From Candidatus Saccharimonadota bacterium (GTDB lineage: Bacteria > Patescibacteriota > Saccharimonadia > CAILAD01 > BJGX01), in assembly GCA_046350735.1 (NCBI GenBank), contig JAXLZU010000001.1, positions 574,297 to 638,296 of the forward strand: a stretch of DNA of 64,000 nucleotides. The letters are read 5' to 3'. A program made the translations under genes and the position numbers. Shown one piece after another: positions 1 to 9,840 of the stretch (its first letter is position 1; every line of letters starts with the position of its first letter). The notes beneath the pieces were generated by a model, which did no database searches, was not told the origin of the DNA, and saw only the letters and a program-made list of their open reading frames with translations.

Positions 1-492
1 GGGTACATGATACAGATTCACCCAACGGCTCATTATCCAAAAAAGTTCTACACACATTAATGCCCAAAGGCTCGATAATAACTGTGGTGTGTTAGAAAAA
101 TCGAGCAACCATGTTATTGCCACAAAGAAGGTAAAAAGCCAAACCAGCAATAATACGATTGCTACTGGCCAATGCCAAAAAGCAATGAGTAGACTTGCAA
201 AACTAATACCAAGAAATACCAAAGCTAGAGAAAGTGTATTCTCAATAAGTACGTTTGGCTCGAGTGATATATCTTGCCAGATAATCACACAATAACCTCC
301 CATAATTAATACGCTTAAAAGCACAAACCAAACAATTGGTATTAAAAAGAGCAGATGGATTGTGTAAATATACCCAAAACTTACCAACAACCAAAGACAA
401 GGACGTATTATCTTGGCAAGTACATAGGTCTGTTTTTTGCTTATCAATATCCGTCGTAAGAGCAAATAATTTGCTGCAATAACTATTGGCAC
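1..492 (-). CDS. Partial polytopic membrane protein. The C-terminus runs off the window start. The frame is stop-free from 633 down to 1 and the start is undetermined (GTG at 492, or GTG at 288 preceded by GGGAGG).
   Basis: Manual translation of the minus strand gives about 211 codons without a stop and with hydrophobic TM-like segments (e.g. ...LLVSFGYIYTIHLLFLIPIVWFVLL...). It is absent from the ORF track because it is truncated by the window edge. Confidence 0.3.
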   Translation of the reverse strand, partial: MPIVIAANYLLLRRILISKKQTYVLAKIIRPCLWLLVSFGYIYTIHLLFLIPIVWFVLLSVLIMGGYCVIIWQDISLEPNVLIENTLSLALVFLGISFASLLIAFWHWPVAIVLLLVWLFTFFVAITWLLDFSNTPQLLSSLWALMCVELFWIMSRWVNLYHVP

Positions 493-613
493 TAGGAGTA
501 TTTGTAGCGTTGAATAGTACAGAAGTGCAATAATAACTACTACCTGTACAACACTAAAAAAGCCAATAAGTCGTTGGTCGCGACTACCTAGCTCAATACG
601 TTTTAGTTTATCT

Positions 614-2059
614 CTAAGGTTTATAGTTAGCTCCTACAATAATTGCTATATCAACGCCCGGTGCTGGAGCGGTCGAAGGATCGGCCGAAGTTGCGCTCAC
701 ACCAAAACGTCGCTGCAGATATTGTAGCGTATATGGTTTCTTGCCGCCAGTGTAATCGATAATCTGACTCGACTTGTGTGTCGTGGTATCGGCTGGAGTG
801 ACACTACTAATGGTGTAGCCATATGATTTGAGCAGATCGGCCGTAGCCTGCCCGCGAGTTGCAATAGCCGTACCATTTTCGATTGCCAGATTGGCTGCCT
901 CGGCCTTAATATACCCATCTACAAACAATTGACGTACATACGCCTGTATAGCGGAGTAGTTATTAATGCCAGCAGATGGAATTACAACACTGGCATCACC
1001 CACCATGGCTGTCTTTACCAAGCCATTATTACTATTGTCCAAAACGGTATTGGTAATTTTGGTAGTATCCACACCCTTGGCAATCTCTGCCAGACGTTCA
1101 ATCTCATTGAGTTGCAAATCAGTACGAACATTATTGCCAATTATCTGCAATACATCGTTAATTTTAGCTGGGTTAGAGAAGAAACTCAGGGTAGTAGCTT
1201 TTTGACGTAGAGCAACTAAAATATCTTGTTGTCGGCGCGCGCGACCAAAATCGTCTCCACAATCTCCCTTACGACAACGCACATACTTTAGAGCGGCACT
1301 GCCATTAAAGTGTTGGGGTCCCGCCATTACAGAATAGCCGCAACTAAGACTCTCGTTTTTCTCACACGGATATTCTGGGTCGACAAGCGTTTTTGGTACT
1401 ACTACGTCTACACCACCGACCGTATCAACAGCTTGTTTTAATCCAGTAAAATCTACGCGAATAAAATAGTGAATAGGAATACCAAGCACCTGACTTACCG
1501 TTTGCTTAGCTACTTCTGGCCCGCTGTCTTTCTTGTTTTGCTCGCCATAATAGTACGCGGTATTAATTTTTACCATACTACCATAGACTTTTACATAAAG
1601 ATCACGCGGGAGGCTAAGCATAGCCACATCTTTAGTCTTAGGATCGTAACTAGCTACCATAATTGTATCGGTCAAAGTTTCTCCTGCATGGCCAGGGTCG
1701 CCAATACCGAGTAATAAGATATTAACTCGCCCATCACCTTCACCTTTTAATTTTTCTGGAGCAATTGGTGCTGATTGCAATCCTTGCGCAGCTTCTCCGC
1801 TGTTTTTTTGAATGACTTTATGAATCTGAGCATATGTTCGATAAGCAAAATACCCCCCTACTACAACAAAAACTAGAAAGATTACCAAAACTACCCATGG
1901 CCACTTACGACGTTTTTTGTGTTTCTTCTTGTCTGGTGAGTCAATTTTTTGTTGCATAAAAGGCGGCATTCCATCTGAAGAATTGCTAGATTTAGTAGCG
2001 CTATGTGCTTCTGTGCTAGCCGATTCGGCTGTATTCTTTGGTGTGTCACCGTTATTCAT
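614..2059 (-). CDS. LytR-CpsA-Psr (LCP) family cell-envelope phosphotransferase with an N-terminal TM anchor
   Basis: It has an N-terminal basic segment plus TM helix and the LCP core NILLLGIGDPGHAGETLTDTIMVASYDPKTKDVAMLSLPRDLYV. Confidence 0.8.
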   Translation of the reverse strand: MNNGDTPKNTAESASTEAHSATKSSNSSDGMPPFMQQKIDSPDKKKHKKRRKWPWVVLVIFLVFVVVGGYFAYRTYAQIHKVIQKNSGEAAQGLQSAPIAPEKLKGEGDGRVNILLLGIGDPGHAGETLTDTIMVASYDPKTKDVAMLSLPRDLYVKVYGSMVKINTAYYYGEQNKKDSGPEVAKQTVSQVLGIPIHYFIRVDFTGLKQAVDTVGGVDVVVPKTLVDPEYPCEKNESLSCGYSVMAGPQHFNGSAALKYVRCRKGDCGDDFGRARRQQDILVALRQKATTLSFFSNPAKINDVLQIIGNNVRTDLQLNEIERLAEIAKGVDTTKITNTVLDNSNNGLVKTAMVGDASVVIPSAGINNYSAIQAYVRQLFVDGYIKAEAANLAIENGTAIATRGQATADLLKSYGYTISSVTPADTTTHKSSQIIDYTGGKKPYTLQYLQRRFGVSATSADPSTAPAPGVDIAIIVGANYKP

Positions 2060-2149
2060 AAGCTTTCATTATAGACCAGCCGGCCAAGTATGCAAAAAGA
2101 CGGCTATGTTTTGATATTTTTTGAGAAAATCTGTCTATAATGGAAAGAT

Positions 2150-3037
2150 ATGAATCCTAATGATCCAAAGCCCGAAAATAACGAAGAGCCAGAGCGAGTC
2201 TATCTTTCTGAAGAAGAATTGCCAAAACCCGGTGGCGTTATAAAACCTCAGACTGAAGCAGAAAAAGCAGCCCAAGAAGCGGCGGCCGCCCAAGCCGCGG
2301 CTGACAATACCAAGTACAATAAAGATATTGAGTCACTGCATGCACCGGCAAACGATGAATCTACTCAAGACGAAGAACCTAAGAAAAAGCACTGGTGGCA
2401 ATTTGGTGGTATCTTTGGTGAGCTAGTTATTTGGGGAATTATTACGGTCGCTATCGTTCTTATTATTCAGAATTTTATTTTCCAAGCCTTCTATGTATCT
2501 GGCAACTCAATGAACCCCGACTACCACAATAACGATTATCTAATAATTTCCAAACTTCCCATTACTTGGTATGACATTGCCAAGCTCTGGGGTACAAAAA
2601 ACATGGATATTAAAAGAGGCGATGTGCTTATTTTTCGCTACCCCAATGCACCAGAAACATTCTTTATTAAACGAGCTATTGCCCTACCTGGCGAGAGGGT
2701 TACGCTAAAAAATGGCGTTTACACAATTTATAATAAAGAGCACCCAGAGGGTTTTGTTCTCAAAGAAGATTATGTCGATCCTCAATATGTTACCGAAGGT
2801 GATATAGATGAGGTAGTAGAGCAACAGCACGTATTTGTATCGGGCGACAATCGCAGTCCTGGTGGTAGCTTTGATAGCCGTGCCTGGGGCCAGCTAGACC
2901 AAAAGTTTATTACTGGTTTTGCCAATGTGCGACTCTTACCAATTAACGCCTTTAAGTTACTCTTTCGCCCAGACTATAACAGTTCGAACCCAAATAATAG
3001 TACAAATTCTACTCAGCCAACAACCAATTCTCAATAA
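2150..3037 (+). CDS. lepB: Signal peptidase I (S26 family)
   Basis: It has a TM helix followed by the GNSMNP(D)Y Ser box, RGDVLIF, and GDNRSPGGSFDSRAWG (box E). Confidence 0.85.
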   Translation: MNPNDPKPENNEEPERVYLSEEELPKPGGVIKPQTEAEKAAQEAAAAQAAADNTKYNKDIESLHAPANDESTQDEEPKKKHWWQFGGIFGELVIWGIITVAIVLIIQNFIFQAFYVSGNSMNPDYHNNDYLIISKLPITWYDIAKLWGTKNMDIKRGDVLIFRYPNAPETFFIKRAIALPGERVTLKNGVYTIYNKEHPEGFVLKEDYVDPQYVTEGDIDEVVEQQHVFVSGDNRSPGGSFDSRAWGQLDQKFITGFANVRLLPINAFKLLFRPDYNSSNPNNSTNSTQPTTNSQ

Positions 3038-3043
3038 TCCGTA

Positions 3044-3949
3044 TTATTCTTTGCCCAATATTTGGTTATAGATTCTGCCAAGTTCTTCGTCGCTATAATA
3101 TTCTATTTGTAATTTACCCCCCTTAGCAGTACGCAACAAGCCCACCTTAGTACCAAGATATTTACCGAGGTCTTTGGTAATTTGAGTTTGTTGAGCTTTG
3201 GCTTCGCGCACCTTACTACGTTTAATCTCTACCCCGCCCTTAAAATCACGAGCAGCTTCTTCGGTAGCACGTACAGTAAGATCGTGCTTAATAATGTAAG
3301 CGAGAAAAGTATCTTGTGCCTCTACTGGCAAGGCTAATAGCTGACGAGCGTGGCCTTCAGTAATTTTACCCTCCTGCAATGCCTGCTTACCCTTTGGGGT
3401 TAGCTTGAGCAAACGAATAGAGTTGGTAATAGTAGATTCCGCTTTCCCGACAGAAGCACCAATTTTGGCATGAGTCATATTAAACTGATCTACTAATTTA
3501 GAATACGCTACCGAGAGTTCGAGTGGCTTTAGGTCTGATCGCTGTACGTTTTCCAAAATTGCTATCTCTAGCTGTTGCTGCTCGGTGAGAGTTCTAACTA
3601 CTGCTGGTACTTTTTTTAGTCCAGCGAGTTTTGCCGCACGCAAACGACGTTCGCCTGCTATTAATTGATAGCGCCAATCGTTTTCGGCAGTTACTACCAG
3701 TGGTTGTACAACACCATGTTTTTTTATACTTTCAGCTAACTGCGCAAGTTCATCCTCATCAAATTGCGAGCGTGGTTGGTGTGGATTGGTATCAATCGCA
3801 CTAATATCTATTTCATTAACATTACCAGAATTTAACTTGGCAGCTGCTGGCAAGCTCTCACTAGCAAAATCATCAATATGTTCTATTTCTGTAGGTATAA
3901 GTGCATCAAGCCCTTTACCTAGTCGATTCGAATTATTTTGTGCTGACAC
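3044..3949 (-). CDS. parB: Chromosome partitioning protein ParB
   Basis: It carries the LIAGERRLRAAKLAGL ParB box and an HTH region. It overlaps parA by 17 nt. Confidence 0.9.
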   Translation of the reverse strand: MSAQNNSNRLGKGLDALIPTEIEHIDDFASESLPAAAKLNSGNVNEIDISAIDTNPHQPRSQFDEDELAQLAESIKKHGVVQPLVVTAENDWRYQLIAGERRLRAAKLAGLKKVPAVVRTLTEQQQLEIAILENVQRSDLKPLELSVAYSKLVDQFNMTHAKIGASVGKAESTITNSIRLLKLTPKGKQALQEGKITEGHARQLLALPVEAQDTFLAYIIKHDLTVRATEEAARDFKGGVEIKRSKVREAKAQQTQITKDLGKYLGTKVGLLRTAKGGKLQIEYYSDEELGRIYNQILGKE

Positions 3950-4757
3950 GACTTGAAATCTCCTTACTCAAACGTTTATAGGCCATTGCGCCCCGGCAAA
4001 ACCTATCATAATACACAATTGGTTTGCCATGACTGGGTGCTTCAGCCAATCGTATATTGCGTGGTACTCTGCTGTCAAATACCAGTGCACCGAAGTGTTT
4101 TTTTAGCTCCTCGGTAACTTGACCTCCCAGACTAGTACGGCCATCATACATAGTTACCACTACACCAAGAATGTGTAGTTTGGGGTTAAGCATCTGCCGA
4201 ACCCGCTTAACTGTTTGTAAAAGCTGGCCTAAGCCCTCGAGAGCATAATATTCAGCCTGCACGGGTATTAAAAGCGAGTCTGCAGCTACCAACCCATTTA
4301 GTGTTAGTAGACCAAGAGAAGGTGGACAATCAATAAATATATAGTCGTAATCGAGTTTTTGCAAAACAGCCTGCAGGCTATACTCACGACGAGGGCGTGT
4401 GGCCAGCTCTACCTCGGCAGCTGCTAGGCTAGAAGTAGTAGGCAAAAGTGAGAGATTTTTAAATTCGGTCTGCACTATTACCCCTGCAGGGTCTGTGCCG
4501 CCAATCAATACTTCATAGAGACCATGTTGCAGGGCCGATTTGTCTATGCCAAGCCCACTGCTGGTGTTGCCCTGCGGGTCGAGATCGCAGAGCAACACAC
4601 GTGCACCGTTCTTAGCCAAATAAGCCGCCACATTTATGGTTGTGGTGGTTTTGCCTACTCCGCCCTTCTGGTTAGCAACTGCTATTATACGACTCAAATT
4701 CACCCTTCCTTTTGTCTTTGTAGTATAGCATATTTTGCGTATAGTTTCAGATAGCAT
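3933..4757 (-). CDS. parA: ParA/Soj partitioning ATPase
   Basis: It has the deviant Walker A motif IAVANQKGGVGKTTTTINVA. The true start may be internal to the track ORF. Confidence 0.9.
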   Translation of the reverse strand: MLSETIRKICYTTKTKGRVNLSRIIAVANQKGGVGKTTTTINVAAYLAKNGARVLLCDLDPQGNTSSGLGIDKSALQHGLYEVLIGGTDPAGVIVQTEFKNLSLLPTTSSLAAAEVELATRPRREYSLQAVLQKLDYDYIFIDCPPSLGLLTLNGLVAADSLLIPVQAEYYALEGLGQLLQTVKRVRQMLNPKLHILGVVVTMYDGRTSLGGQVTEELKKHFGALVFDSRVPRNIRLAEAPSHGKPIVYYDRFCRGAMAYKRLSKEISSRVSTK

Positions 4758-4869
4758 GTACGAATTTTACCCGAACAAAAGCGGAGGCTAAAATACTTTA
4801 CAGGTTGGTTGCTTTCTGCTACAATCAATAACTATCACTTAGATATAACAAGGACAACTTGAGAAAATT

Positions 4870-5178
4870 ATGAAAGCTGTAATCGAAACCGGTTCTAAAC
4901 AATATATTGTAGAAAAAGGCCAAACATTAGAGGTAGAGCTTTTGCATGCCGAAAAACCAACTGTCGAGTTTAAGCCACTCTTGCTTATAGATGGCGAAAA
5001 TATTACTGTTGGTAAGCCAATTGTTGATGGTGCCCTGGTAACAGCAGAGGTTGCACCAGAAACCAAGAAAGGCCAAAAAATTACTGTCTTACACTACAAG
5101 CCTAAAAAACGCCAAAGCGTTAAAACTGGTCACCGTCAGAAATATTCAGTTATTACTATAAAAGATATTAAAGCCTAA
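4870..5178 (+). CDS. rplU: 50S ribosomal protein L21
   Basis: MKAVIETGSKQYIVEKGQTLEVE... is the typical L21 N-terminus, and the length is 102 aa. Confidence 0.9.
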   Translation: MKAVIETGSKQYIVEKGQTLEVELLHAEKPTVEFKPLLLIDGENITVGKPIVDGALVTAEVAPETKKGQKITVLHYKPKKRQSVKTGHRQKYSVITIKDIKA

Positions 5179-5239
5179 TATCGAGTATTTGGCTCTTATA
5201 AAAAACCACTCTCACGATAGTGGTTTTTTTGTGTCATCA

Positions 5240-6703
5240 CTACTTGCAGTTGTTAGGCACCTTACCCCCAGCAATAAGTGTGTTCATCCAGGCAAGAGTA
5301 TCCTTAAAACTTGCATTCATGGTTTGGTAATGATCTACCAGACCAGTTGGATTATATGCCTGCACGGCAAATGGGCTTTTGTTGTAATTACGGTAGGTAA
5401 CACTATTGCCACTCGAGCAAAACCGTTTAAAGGCAGATTGGCTTTGGATGGGCAAAATTACATTGTCGTGGAGACCTTGATTAAGTAGCAAGGGTGTTGA
5501 CCTACCCACTGACCCAGTAATATTCTTAGCCATATCGGCAGCAAACTGTCGGTAGTTAGGGTCATTTGCAATATTACCGCTCTTGGCAGCAGCAATAAAT
5601 TCTGGTGTGTAGACCAGGCCCGAGCGATTGGTACCAATATTGTTGGGCCAAAATCTATCGGCTGTATCAATACATTCGCGTAATACATCGCTGCGCAGAT
5701 TCTGCGTCCACTGAGGCATAAGAATCTTGTCGACCGGGTAATTGTGCTTATACCAATCTTGATAACTAACCAGCACAAATGGTCCAAACCAATTAATATT
5801 GGCGTTGGCGGTAATTGCATCGGTAAGTGTCTGAGAAACATCGGTAACCGGGCCAAATCCTATTGCCCCGGCAAGGGATATGTCGGGCGCATAACTCGGT
5901 GCAATTTGGTTGGCCCAATATGCAGCATGTCCACCCTGGCTATAACCACCAACAAAAATTGCTTTATCATTTATATTACTCTTGGTAGCATCGAGATTAC
6001 GTAACGCCCTAACACTATCGAGCACCGCCTTGCCTTCGAGCTCACCCACCATATAATGATGAATCCTCGATGGGTCGCGCATACCCTCGTAGTCAGTAAT
6101 AACCACCACATAGCCTTGGCTAGCATACGCTGCCATCTTGCTATCATAATTTGCCCAGTCGCGTTTGGCAGGATTCTCGAGCGAGGCAGCGCAATCATCA
6201 CCTATCCCAGTTGTACCTGGTGCAAAAGCAAGTACTGGTAATGTTTTGCCAGTACTATTTTGTGGCCAATAGACTCGGCCATATATGGGCACGGTAGATG
6301 AGGTACCGTCAGAGCTTGTATAGCGAATAACTTGTTTTTGTATACCAACCGGTACAGGTATATCGAAGTTTTTATTCGTTTGTTTTATCAGAGCTAGAGT
6401 CTGTGAAGCATCATAACTAACAGGTGGGTCTGATGATACTATTTTGCCCGTCTCGGGTTGATTAGCAACCGGGGCTGGCTGGCTAGTTTGTGGTTGAGTA
6501 GCGGCTGGCTTGGGCTTATTAAGCCAGGTAAACAAAAAGACACCGCCTATTACCACAGCAAATGAAGCTACGAATATTAGTGACGCCAATATCCAATTAC
6601 GACGTTTTTTGGTTGGAAGATTAATTTGACTCATTGGCATATGTAGATTAATATCTGGCGGACGCTTTTTTGATGGTTTGGCTTTTTTCTTTGCATAACT
6701 CAT
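5240..6703 (-). CDS. Secretory-lipase (LIP) family alpha/beta hydrolase with an N-terminal TM anchor
   Basis: The GYSQGGHAAYWA nucleophile-elbow motif is typical of LIP-family lipases. It follows an N-terminal basic/TM segment and a Pro/Gln-rich linker. Confidence 0.55.
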   Translation of the reverse strand: MSYAKKKAKPSKKRPPDINLHMPMSQINLPTKKRRNWILASLIFVASFAVVIGGVFLFTWLNKPKPAATQPQTSQPAPVANQPETGKIVSSDPPVSYDASQTLALIKQTNKNFDIPVPVGIQKQVIRYTSSDGTSSTVPIYGRVYWPQNSTGKTLPVLAFAPGTTGIGDDCAASLENPAKRDWANYDSKMAAYASQGYVVVITDYEGMRDPSRIHHYMVGELEGKAVLDSVRALRNLDATKSNINDKAIFVGGYSQGGHAAYWANQIAPSYAPDISLAGAIGFGPVTDVSQTLTDAITANANINWFGPFVLVSYQDWYKHNYPVDKILMPQWTQNLRSDVLRECIDTADRFWPNNIGTNRSGLVYTPEFIAAAKSGNIANDPNYRQFAADMAKNITGSVGRSTPLLLNQGLHDNVILPIQSQSAFKRFCSSGNSVTYRNYNKSPFAVQAYNPTGLVDHYQTMNASFKDTLAWMNTLIAGGKVPNNCK

Positions 6704-7185
6704 ACTAGCCTCTTGTGCATAGAATACATATCAACTCCGGCAATATATTCTGGTAAGATTTTATCAAACTCAAAGCCTTGACGCTCATAAAAATGTTGCT
6801 GATTATGTGTAATAAGCGATAATCCATCAACCTGTTTTTTCTGCAGCCTTTCTTCTGTAAATAGTAATAATTTCTTGCCCAATCCCTGTCCCCGATAGTC
6901 CGAGCCTACATACATCCAAAATAAAAATGCAGTATTATTTTTTTGAATGCCACTAAGACTGTAGCCAATTAGCTCGGCTCTATTATACAAACCCAACACA
7001 AGTCGCTTGGGGTGTAGAGTGGCCAATTGTAAGCGCGAGGGACGATTGTTCTGTCTAACCTCTGCTCGGTATACCGGAGAAAAATAGGCAAAGTCGGTTT
7101 CGAGCGCATGATTAAAGAGATTACTTAATCGTCCGCTATGATGAATAGGTATTGTGCGTATACGAATATCTTGGTGAGTGGGCAT
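6700..7185 (-). CDS. GNAT family N-acetyltransferase
   Basis: The motif YRGQGLGKKLL...YERQGFE matches the acetyl-CoA binding motif A. It overlaps the upstream gene by 4 nt. Confidence 0.7.
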   Translation of the reverse strand: MPTHQDIRIRTIPIHHSGRLSNLFNHALETDFAYFSPVYRAEVRQNNRPSRLQLATLHPKRLVLGLYNRAELIGYSLSGIQKNNTAFLFWMYVGSDYRGQGLGKKLLLFTEERLQKKQVDGLSLITHNQQHFYERQGFEFDKILPEYIAGVDMYSMHKRLV

Positions 7186-7231
7186 ACTCTTTATTATACG
7201 TTTTAAAGACGGTGATAAGCAAAGTCTGTTA

Positions 7232-8794
7232 CTAAAAAAGACTAATTTGTTCTAGTTTTGTTGGCTTTGGCAGACTAAATTGCTGCAATACCTCAAAGAT
7301 TCGCACCATTGCATAGGTATCAAGCTGACAGTATTGACGTAAGTTTTCCATTATCTTATTGGTTTCGGCTTGCGAAAAAGCATTTTCGTAGACCGCCTGC
7401 ATCCATAGGCGCTGGGCACTTGCCCCTTCTTGAATATCCATATCACCATAACTCAGTTCTGGCGCTAATACCGGCAACACTTTTTTAATACTAGCAGAGC
7501 CGTAAAAGTCTTTATCGATATAATACCCTTTATCAAACGGCAACATCAAATCTACTACCCGGCTATTGACGTTACCAAGAAAGGTAGCATATTCTGGCTG
7601 CAATCTCCCCATGAGATCATTACACGACTTCTCAAAACCTTCGTACCATACCAATACTGTTCCACTTTCTCCTACATCTTGCTGCAACTGAGCGAGCAAC
7701 TCGGGCAATGGGTTGGTATCGAGCGTGTGCAAAAATTCTTTATGCTGCAAGTCTCCACCTGGCTTATCAATACTATGTAGCGAATACTGAAACGGCAATT
7801 GCTGGTATGGTTTAAGGCCGTCAAAAGGTGGTACCACCGAAGATAATGTTTCGTAATCTAAAAAATACAGTGGATATTGCAATGAGTCTACAAAACCACT
7901 AATTTTTTCGGGTTTAATAAGCGGTTCTTCTACCTTGGTGGCCTCTATCTGCCATTGCTGTTTCTTGCTCAGCTCAAAATTGTCTGGCACATCCTTAAGC
8001 GATGATATATGCATATCTTCTAATTGCCCTAACTGTTCTGGCGTTGGGCGGCAGAGCTTATAGATAGAATACGGGTCGTTATTAGGCTGCAAGGTTGCAA
8101 ATATCTCCAGCCATTCACGAAACGCACCTAGCTTAGCTCGGCGTGGTGTTGGGTCAGGCATTTCTTCTAGAGCAATTGTTTGCAGGGCTGCCAAAATAGT
8201 TCTATTGGTTTGCTCTAGCCGAGCTCGTACTTGGCTAGTAACATCTTGCTGAGCACTGAGCGATAATGCATCTATCTCACCTTGCCTAATATATTGATTG
8301 TTACAGTATATTACAGCAATATTGCGTACCGTATACCCAGATTTTTCTAAGACAGTTGCCTGAAAAGCAAGGTCTTCTATATGTTCTGGCTTTACCGAGG
8401 TAGAGCTTTTTATTTCGTATAGATCGAACACTTTGGCATCTACCCGCTCTATAACATCAACAATACATGTAATACTGTGCTCGCCAAAATCTGCCACAAA
8501 TCTACCTTGACTTAATTGATCTGCCCCATCTTGTATCGCCTTTTGTGTTCGCTCTGGCATAGATAGGTACTCGTCATAATTATTAAATCCCACCCGAGTT
8601 AGATTGTTAAATCGAGTCTCGGCATATTTCTCAAACAAGTTACCAGCATCAAATAATGCTTGCAAGTTAGCATCTGGCTCGGGGAGCTTCTTCTTATCGT
8701 GTTTTTTTAACCACAACCAAGCTGGATGTTTTAAAAACATTACATATTCAGATTTGCTGAGTTCGATTTTTGCCATTGTTTTATTATAACCCAC
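7232..8794 (-). CDS. DUF2779-like protein: N-terminal PD-(D/E)XK (Cas4-like) nuclease fold plus C-terminal RNase-H-like domain
   Basis: It has a DLYEIKSS (D..E.K) motif and the C-terminal YFLDYETLS motif characteristic of DUF2779 proteins. Confidence 0.5.
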   Translation of the reverse strand: MGYNKTMAKIELSKSEYVMFLKHPAWLWLKKHDKKKLPEPDANLQALFDAGNLFEKYAETRFNNLTRVGFNNYDEYLSMPERTQKAIQDGADQLSQGRFVADFGEHSITCIVDVIERVDAKVFDLYEIKSSTSVKPEHIEDLAFQATVLEKSGYTVRNIAVIYCNNQYIRQGEIDALSLSAQQDVTSQVRARLEQTNRTILAALQTIALEEMPDPTPRRAKLGAFREWLEIFATLQPNNDPYSIYKLCRPTPEQLGQLEDMHISSLKDVPDNFELSKKQQWQIEATKVEEPLIKPEKISGFVDSLQYPLYFLDYETLSSVVPPFDGLKPYQQLPFQYSLHSIDKPGGDLQHKEFLHTLDTNPLPELLAQLQQDVGESGTVLVWYEGFEKSCNDLMGRLQPEYATFLGNVNSRVVDLMLPFDKGYYIDKDFYGSASIKKVLPVLAPELSYGDMDIQEGASAQRLWMQAVYENAFSQAETNKIMENLRQYCQLDTYAMVRIFEVLQQFSLPKPTKLEQISLF

Positions 8795-8913
8795 CCCACC
8801 ACCTCAGCTGCACATAGTGCGATAAGTTTGTTATAATAATTGTCTACACTTCTCATTACTTAGTCTAATGAAGAAGAGATAAAGAGATAACCTTAGAGAG
8901 GAATACTAACGGG

Positions 8914-9840
8914 ATGAGTGAGAAAGTATACGACGTATTAATAATTGGTGCAGGGCCAGCCGGCTACACTGCTGCTATTTATACTGCTCGTGCTAATCTA
9001 TCTACGTTAATGATTGCTGGCGACACACCGGGCGGGCAGCTGTTGCTTACCTCTGAGGTAGAAAATTTTCCGGGATTTAAAGATGGTATTATGGGCCCAG
9101 AACTTATGGAAGAAATGAAAGCCCAGGCGGTGCGGTTTGGTACCGAGATGCGTACCGACTTTGTTACCAAAGTAGAACTCGAGGGTGATACTAAAAAAGT
9201 ATGGGTAGGTAACGACGAATATAATGCCAAGACGGTAATTATCTCTACCGGTGCATCAGCCAACTGGCTAGGGTTAGAAAACGAAACCAGATTAATGGGC
9301 AAAGGTATCTCGGCCTGTGCTACTTGTGATGGCTTCTTCTTTACCGACAAACACGTAGTAGTGGTTGGTGGTGGTGATAGTGCTATGGAAGAAGCCCTTA
9401 CCCTAGCTAAGTTTGCTAGCAAAGTTACAATTGTACACCGCCGTGACGAGTTCCGCGCCTCCAAAATTATGCAAGACAGAGTTAAAAATCACGACAAGAT
9501 CGATATTATCTGGAACAGCGAAGTAATAGATGTACTGGGTAACGATTTTGTATCTGGTGTAACCCTCAAAGATACCAAGACTGGCAATGAATCTAACTTT
9601 GCTTGTGAGGGACTGTTTGTAGCTATTGGCCATACTCCAGCAACTAGTCTTTTCAAGGATATTTTACCTACTAACGAAAAGGGGTATCTTGAAATCAATC
9701 ATGATACTTCTACCAAAATTTCTGGCGTATTTGCAGCTGGCGATGTTGCAGATAGTAGATACCGCCAAGCTATTACTGCTGCAGGTGAGGGCTGTAAAGC
9801 AGCACTAGAAGCCGAACACTATATTGAATCTAGCAAGTAG
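8914..9840 (+). CDS. trxB: Thioredoxin-disulfide reductase
   Basis: It has the GAGPAGYTAAIY FAD-binding motif, the CATCDGFF redox-active disulfide, and a second GGGDSA NADPH site. Confidence 0.9.
   Translation: MSEKVYDVLIIGAGPAGYTAAIYTARANLSTLMIAGDTPGGQLLLTSEVENFPGFKDGIMGPELMEEMKAQAVRFGTEMRTDFVTKVELEGDTKKVWVGNDEYNAKTVIISTGASANWLGLENETRLMGKGISACATCDGFFFTDKHVVVVGGGDSAMEEALTLAKFASKVTIVHRRDEFRASKIMQDRVKNHDKIDIIWNSEVIDVLGNDFVSGVTLKDTKTGNESNFACEGLFVAIGHTPATSLFKDILPTNEKGYLEINHDTSTKISGVFAAGDVADSRYRQAITAAGEGCKAALEAEHYIESSK

Noticed and set aside
89-295. A 68-aa plus-strand ORF at the window start
   Set aside because: It is fully embedded in a much longer stop-free minus-strand frame encoding a hydrophobic membrane protein. 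It is probably an antisense artefact.
8979-9808. Several 60-160-aa ORFs antisense or out of frame within trxB
   Set aside because: They lie inside a confidently identified gene, with low-complexity Ser/Pro/Leu composition typical of shadow ORFs.
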